Assembly (NCBI GenBank): GCA_002269645.1
Contig: NIVC01000208.1
Coordinates: 372,001-436,000 of the forward strand
Direction: 5' to 3'
Source: Macrostomum lignano
Taxonomy: Eukaryota
DNA length: 64,000 bases
Part shown: in pieces, positions 57,601-64,000 of the stretch
How the letters are laid out: each line of letters starts with the position of its first letter
Numbering within the stretch: position 1 is the first letter of the stretch
Notes under the pieces: model-generated
Seen by the model: only the letters and a program-made list of their open reading frames with translations
Database searches by the model: none
Told to the model about the DNA's origin: nothing
Translations under genes and position numbers: made by a program

Positions 57601-60434
57601 GAATCAAGAGTTAGGAGCTAGGAATTGTTCCAAGGATAGGAGTGAGGAGTTCTAAGGGGTGTAAGGTGATTGGCTAAGGAGTCTGCCAATCTGCGTGCTA
57701 TTATATATGAAACTCCTAAATGTATGCACCTTAAGGATTAATTCTAGGAATTTTAAAACAAGTTGAAACAAGTTTTATTACCCTGTGAAAAGCGGCTACA
57801 AGCGCGTAAAGCAATAAAACCATTTTAGGCTACAAGCCTGCGCATTTAATTAGTTGATAGACTAAGTCAAAAAAATGGTTTAACTGCTATTGTAATGAAT
57901 TGCTTTCATTTGATAAACAACTAACACTCATATAAGGAGGGGGCTATTAGAGACCATAAAATTGGTAATTATTGTATTCAGCAAAACGTGCCCGTTTTTG
58001 GCACAGACAATAGTACATGTACATGTCGACATTTAAGATTTGTGATGTTTTAAGATGCAACATATGTTTGTTGAAAGTGGCGTTGATGCTCATTGAGCAG
58101 AAATCGTGACACAGTACGAAATTCTTTTAAAAAGCTTGTCCTTTGCTTAAATTGCCTGGGTCACCGATCGTTGGCTCCCTCATCGTCCGAGCCTAGGTCG
58201 CTATCCTAAAAATGACAAAAAAGACACTCCTACTAACCTAAGAGTAAAATTTGGGCCTTGAAATCTTATCTAGGAGTTGGAGCTAGAAATGAAATTCGCT
58301 CCTTCTATAGGACACGCACTCCTAAAATTCACTCTTAAACGGCAACTCCTAGCTCCTAGCTCCTACTCCCCGCTCCTTATTCTATAGCACGCGACAAACC
58401 TTAATGAGGTCTCCTAAATTAACCAAGGAGTCTCCTACGTCCTTGAAGGAGCCTCCTAGCTCTTGAAATTTACTCATGATTCTATAGCACAGAAAAGCCA
58501 TCTAGGAGTTAGGAGTTAGGACACTCTTACGGATTTAGGAGTTAAGAGTATTCTATAGCACAGGCCCCTGTCTGGCTGGGGCGCTCGGGGTTGGACCCGC
58601 CTTAGACCCCTTAGACCCTTGCCACCCCGGCACTCCTTGTTTGCTTGCCTTCTCTCTCCGCCTCGCTCCGCCACGGTTCTAAACTACGCCTCTGCCAAGT
58701 CTCAGTCACGCCACCTCTACTGTCTGTACGAACTCTCGCTACGAGCACCGCCACCACACGTTCACCGCCATCACATCATCACCATTGCCTCAGTCTCATC
58801 GACTCACTCTATCGTCTACCATCTATCTTATTGTTGCGTAGCCGCCCAGTGCATTTCTTACGGATTCAGCAAGTACTCTGACCCTATCTCTGTAGGCCAC
58901 CCAGACAGAATTGATAATAGCAAGCCTAACTATCCTCTCATACGGTTACAATAAACAAAGACTGCGGCCATTGCCCGCATCAGTCGTTACTATCATCAAG
59001 TGCTACCACTACAAAATTTGCCTCTGCCGTGTTTGTTTTCGTTAATTACTTTCGAGGCCACCGGATAATCGTCACGCACATTTAGTTTTATCGCCGTTAA
59101 ATTATTGATGTTAAACTACTGCAAACAGGCACAACGCGGCGGGCCAACCGAAAAGCACGAGACAAGAGAGTTGAGCGCGAACTCGCGATTTAACAGTCTT
59201 TTAAATAATACAATATATCTATGAAGGATACCTTAAAACAAATTTTAAGCGTACATATTGAATAACTTAAAAATTCGCTAATGAATAGTAGATACATGTA
59301 AATAATTACAATACTAAGGAGACATTAATAATACCATATACCATATATAGTATATAGTTGTATACCATAATATTTAAGAACAAATAAATATCAACATCGT
59401 TACAATAGCTTCCTGTGATTTAAAATTTTACGAACTGATAGCGACAAATCTCTTCTACAAATTGCATTTTGAATTTTCAAAATTGATACCAGAGAACAAA
59501 AGATATAGCCACGAAAGTAACAGTACCTGTACCAAAGAGTTAGACAAATTATATGAAAATATATAATAGTGGACTTCTGCACTCATTCATTCTGCAGGCG
59601 TAGTGAGCAGCCGAATGACATCATTTGTCTAGCCGTGCTGTTATTGGTTAGTAAAATGAAGTACATGTATTTGCCGCCTTTGAGGAGGGAATAAAATGAA
59701 AAGTCGCGAAGAAAAAATGGCTTATAGGAATACGATTTCTCGAGTGCGTTTCTTTCAAGCGATTTCGAACAGACGTTCAGACGTTCGGCTTGGCAACGAA
59801 GGAGTGGAGAGTGCGTTGTGAGCTGGATATCTAGGGTTGTGATCGGGCATGCGCTTATAGGGAGAAATAACGCTACAATTTTAATGGGGCCCCGGGCCGC
59901 TGTCACATCAGGAGATCAGCATTGATACTCACAAACTGTGCGTTAAATTCCTGACCAGGTAAAGCAGCGTGCCTGCGGTCTCTTCAAGGCACCCCAGTCA
60001 GCAGACTGACAGGCTCTGTCCGCCAGGGAGCTCGCATGTCCCTCGATCAGGTGTGCCGTCTGAGTTTCCCATCCAGTCCTGGAAAAGTTTTCGTGTATGC
60101 TAAAGTCAGAAAAGACCCAGCACTGCTGTGCGCCGAACTGCACTGCTACCAGAATGCCGGAGATTCGAGGGGAAAAACTATTCCTGGTCTTCGTGCTCCG
60201 GTCGGCACCCCGTGCGGCAGTCAGAAGAGCTGCAACTGGAACGGCCAGTGCACCTACGACGCCAAGGTCCCCGCCGTCGACATTTCCTGCTTTTTCGGCG
60301 ATCGTGCTTCGGCCGAGCAGTGCAACAGGTTCTATCGGACCATCGCAGAGGCTAGGAGTGCAGCGGTCAGGAGTTACTACTGCAGTCAGGTGAAGTCTGC
60401 CTGCTGCAAGACGCTGGCCAACATCTGCTCTTGA
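54661..60434 (+). pseudogene. M12B metalloprotease copy B, pseudogene. Exon remnants: 54661-55321, 55427-55809, 59959-60434
   Basis: A deletion removes exon 1 and the signal peptide. The zinc motif is mutated to HELADSLGARRD, there is a net +2 frameshift after the Met-turn, and intron 3 is expanded by insertions. Confidence 0.85.
57503..58567. mobile_element. PIF/Harbinger-like non-autonomous element with long imperfect inverted subterminal repeats
   Basis: TIRs GGGCCCGTGCTAAAGA / TCTATAGCACAGGCCC with 3-bp CTG flanks (57500-57502, 58568-58570). AGGAGT-rich left arm versus ACTCCT-rich right arm. Confidence 0.7.
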
Positions 60435-61497
60435 TGTTGTCACGCAAATCTAAATAAATCATGGACTCATTCCAAGGTTGACAATACAATTTCCAGTGGA
60501 CGGCGTTGTTTTTTGAATAAATTTGTTGGAGTTAAGCAACAGCTAATAAAAAATGAAAATGAATTGTCGCAATCTAAAGTGCACTTCATGTGTTATCCCA
60601 GCTCTTGTTTCACCCAATATTAAACATTTTAAAAAAAATTCAACGAATTAAGCAGGTTAACCAAAATCTAAAGAAATGACACTTTGCCTTCGAGGCCCGA
60701 GCACTTAAAAATCTGAAAGTGCTATGAAGATCGAGAATTGCGAAACAGTTTTGAATCAGCTGGTCTGGAACGTGTACTCAATCAGAGCTCTTCAGCTTCA
60801 GGTAAACAAACCATGCAACGCTTATCATTAGAAAACCCATCAGATGCAGTATTGACAACGATTTCAAATAGACACTATAATTTTAACAAAACGAAATTGA
60901 TTTGAATTATAAATTAAAAAAGACTCTAGTTAAAATGCTTGACATTTTCACAGATTGCATTCCGGTTGAAATTTTAGCTAGACTAGACACTTTCTCCAGG
61001 TTGCAGTCTTGAAATTTTGTACAATACAGCCCAGGACAGATCAGCACGACTTTTTGTGTTCGGCTATGAAATTCTTACAAGAGAGGCGTTTGACTTAAGG
61101 AGTTTCCGTTTAAATACCTTTTAATAAGAAGTTTCAGTTCAAGAGATATTTCTGCAAAATATTTGTGCATTTTTCTGAATACGGTAGCTCGTTGAATAAC
61201 TTTAAATTTAGACAGCCATTAGACGACAGAAAGGCTAAAATTGGTCATGAATCAATATTGAGTCCAATAAGTATTGCTTCAGCGTGTGTACTGAAAAGCT
61301 AAGTTATTGGAAGAGATAACTTAAATTTTTGAAGACCGCCGCATTTTTTTAATTAAAGAATAGCTTCCGGCAAGAAATTAATTTCCAAAAAATTGGCGAA
61401 TCAACTTTTCAATTTATATTTAAACTATTTTACGACTACTTCTGTGCTTAAAAGTCAAGCTCAAGCAGGGCGCAACTTCCAGAAAAAAACAAAAAAA

Positions 61498-63650
61498 ATG
61501 CTGCAAACAGGTAGGTTCGTGTCTTTTTGAGCCGCTTTAATAATGAAAACCATTTACAGCAGATGATTCTGCAACATTTCAGTTCTGCTTCTGTTCATTG
61601 TTTTTACGGTGGCCCAGGCCTCGGTGTCCGTGACGCAATCCAGCGGTGACAGACCTCACCCGTCCTCCATGGAGATCGAGCTCCAGCTGCCCGACACCGA
61701 CGAGAAAGTCCGCATCCCGCTGACTAAGACTGCTCCGTTGGATGACGCTGTGGTCACTGTGACGGACGATGGAGTCTCGAGGACGTTCTCTGGCCGACAA
61801 GCTCAACACGGAGATCACGCTCACTACAGAAATGTAGATCGGAAGTCTGTGATCAGCGTTCGACACGAGAACGGCACAAAGCGCATCAGCGGTCACGTGA
61901 CGCACCAAGACGCCTTGTATTTCGTCGAGCCGATCGGCGACTTCGAGCACCGTGTCTCCAAAACCAACAGAACTGACTCGCAGACGGATGGGACGCAGCA
62001 CGAGCGGGTTCTGAGTCGCAAGAAACGCCGAGTGAACCGAGAAGCTACCGAGTACATAGTCGAGATCCACATCCTCATTGATCACCACGTTTGGAAGACT
62101 TTCAAGTCAATTTTCGGTACAGATGAAGAAGCCCTGACTGAGCTGCACTTCTACTATTCTCACATTGTGATTGGCATGGACACGGTCTTCAGGAACATCG
62201 GCAGTCCGTCAATCAGTGTCAGGTGCATTGGGTTAACACTGGCCAAGACCGAAGCCGATGCAAAGTGGATGCCTCTGGATAGCTCGGCTGACGGTACGCG
62301 CTTTGGGAAAAATACTGTCAGTTACGCTCGTATTTAGGTACGAGTGTAATTTACAATAATTTCAATGTTAAAGAGTTTACCTGAACTGCTTTTTTTAGCG
62401 AAGGATGGAAATGTCATTATGAACAGCATCCGAGCGTACACGAGAGTCAACAGAGCTGATCACGTGATGGCTTTCACGCGCAGGGACATTCGGATGGACG
62501 GAGACGTCGTAGGATTGGCCTATTCACGTAGCGCCTGCCAAAAGTGGAAGATCAGCATTGTCGAAGATTTGGGCCTCCACAGCTGGGACACGGCGGCGCA
62601 CGAGCTCGGGCACAGCTTGGGGGCCGGCCACGATGAAAATAAGCCCGACTGCGAAGCGTCTCAACAGTTTCTGATGACATCTTTTGCTGCATTCTACAAT
62701 GTCAACAATATAGCCAATTCCTATCGGTTCTCTCCGTGCTCAGTGAGACAGATCAGGACCTACCTTATATCCAGTGAGTATTTAAAATTCAAAATCAAAC
62801 AATTTGATGGAAAAATCTGGATTATGCTTGTCGGTATTTGTCCTATATCTACACGATGCCAGTATATTTTTTCTATAGCTGATGTTTTACCAGTGTGCCT
62901 AGCAGCTGATTGACGTAATTTGTCTAGCCGTGCTGTTTTTGGTTAGTAAAATGGCTGTTTGCCCCGTTTAAGAGGGGATAAAATGAAAATGAATAGGATT
63001 CGTCGAGTGCGTTTTGCTTGAATGACTTTAGGTAGGGAACTTTATATTCGGGGTTGTAATCGGGCATGCGCGCATGGGAAGAAATAATGGGCTTTTCGTA
63101 GGTCCCGGGCCGCTTTCACATCAGGAGATCAGCATTGATTTAACTCACAAACTGTGTGTTAAATTCCTGACCAGGTAAAGCAGCGTGCCTGCGGTCTCTT
63201 CAAGGCACCCCAGTCAGCAGACTGACAGGCTCTGTCCGCCAGGGAGCTCGCATGTCCCTCGATCAGGTGTGCCGTCTGAGTTTCCCATCCAGTCCTGGAA
63301 AAGTTTTCGTGTATGCTAAAGTCAGAAAAGACCCAGCACTGCTGTGCGCCGAACTGCACTGCTACAAGAAGGCCGGAGATTCGAGGGGAAAAACTATTCC
63401 TGGTCTTCGTGCTCCGGTCGGCACCCCGTGCGGCAGTCAGAAGAGCTGCAACTGGAACGGCCAGTGCACCTACGACTCCAAGGTCCCAGCCGTCGACATT
63501 TCCTGCTTTTTCGGCGATCGTGCTTCGGCCGAGCAGTGCAACAGGTTCTACCGGACCATCGCAGAGGCTAGGAGTGCAGCGGTCAGGAGTTACTACTGCA
63601 GTCAGGTGAAGTCTGCCTGCTGCAAGACGCTGGCCAACATCTGCTCTTGA
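61498..63650 (+). CDS. Secreted M12B (reprolysin/ADAMTS-like) zinc metalloprotease, copy C, ~524 aa, intact. Exons: 61498-61510, 61583-62293, 62399-62773, 63175-63650
   Basis: Signal peptide MLQTVLLLFIVFTVAQA, RKKR, HELGHSLGAGHD, Met-turn FLMTS and a Cys-rich C-terminus. The spliced length of 1575 nt is in frame. Confidence 0.85.
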
Positions 63651-64000
63651 TGTTGCCACGCAAATCTAAGTAAATCATGGACTCATTCGAAAGTTGACAA
63701 TACAATTTCCAGTGGACGGCGTTGTTTTTTGAATAAATTTGTTGGAGTTAAGCAACAGCTAATAAAAGTATTGTCGCAGTCTAAAATGCACTCCTTTTTG
63801 CCTAAGCTCTTGTTTAGCACTTTAAACACATTCTAAGTATTGAAAGAATTAATTACATTTGACAATATCTAGAGAATATCAGTTTGCGCATCGAATCTGA
63901 AATTTCTGTGAAGAGTTGCGAAACAGTTTTGAATTATTTGGTGTGGAACTCGCCCTCAATCAGAGCTCATCTGCTTCAGCTTTAGAAAAGCGGTCAGATG

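Noticed and set aside
50556-63659. Minus-strand ORFs repeated three times in the protease array
   Set aside because: They are antisense shadows of the GC-rich protease exons, conserved only because the sense exons are duplicated.

Overview
Eukaryotic (animal) genomic DNA. GC-rich, Ala/Gln/Gly-rich exons are separated by introns and spacers packed with locus-specific minisatellites, an architecture resembling macrostomid flatworms (inference only). By hand-splicing I reconstruct these genes: POLA1 exon 1, a 7-exon CEP83, an intronless SYS1, a 5-micro-exon RNF24/RNF122-like RING-H2 gene missed by the ORF track, two near-identical copies of an unrecognised ~104-aa secreted peptide precursor, a 9-exon FET-family (FUS/EWSR1/TAF15/cabeza) gene, and a tandem array of three M12B/ADAMTS-like metalloprotease genes (two intact, the middle one a pseudogene). 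Mobile DNA includes one intact and one decayed D,D34D-type mariner, two solo LTRs, several hAT, Harbinger and unclassified MITEs, two tRNA-derived SINEs and a LINE fragment. The most interesting leads are: a possible SL-trans-spliced SYS1-CEP83-POLA1 operon; CpG-depleted zones confined to the 5' parts of genes; the novel peptide precursor pair; a lone 28S rRNA fragment centred on the R2/I-PpoI/Pokey target site; a minisatellite apparently born from a SINE head; related repeats shared among FET introns; and mosaic evolution of the protease array. All coordinates and counts were read by eye, and no database search was run.
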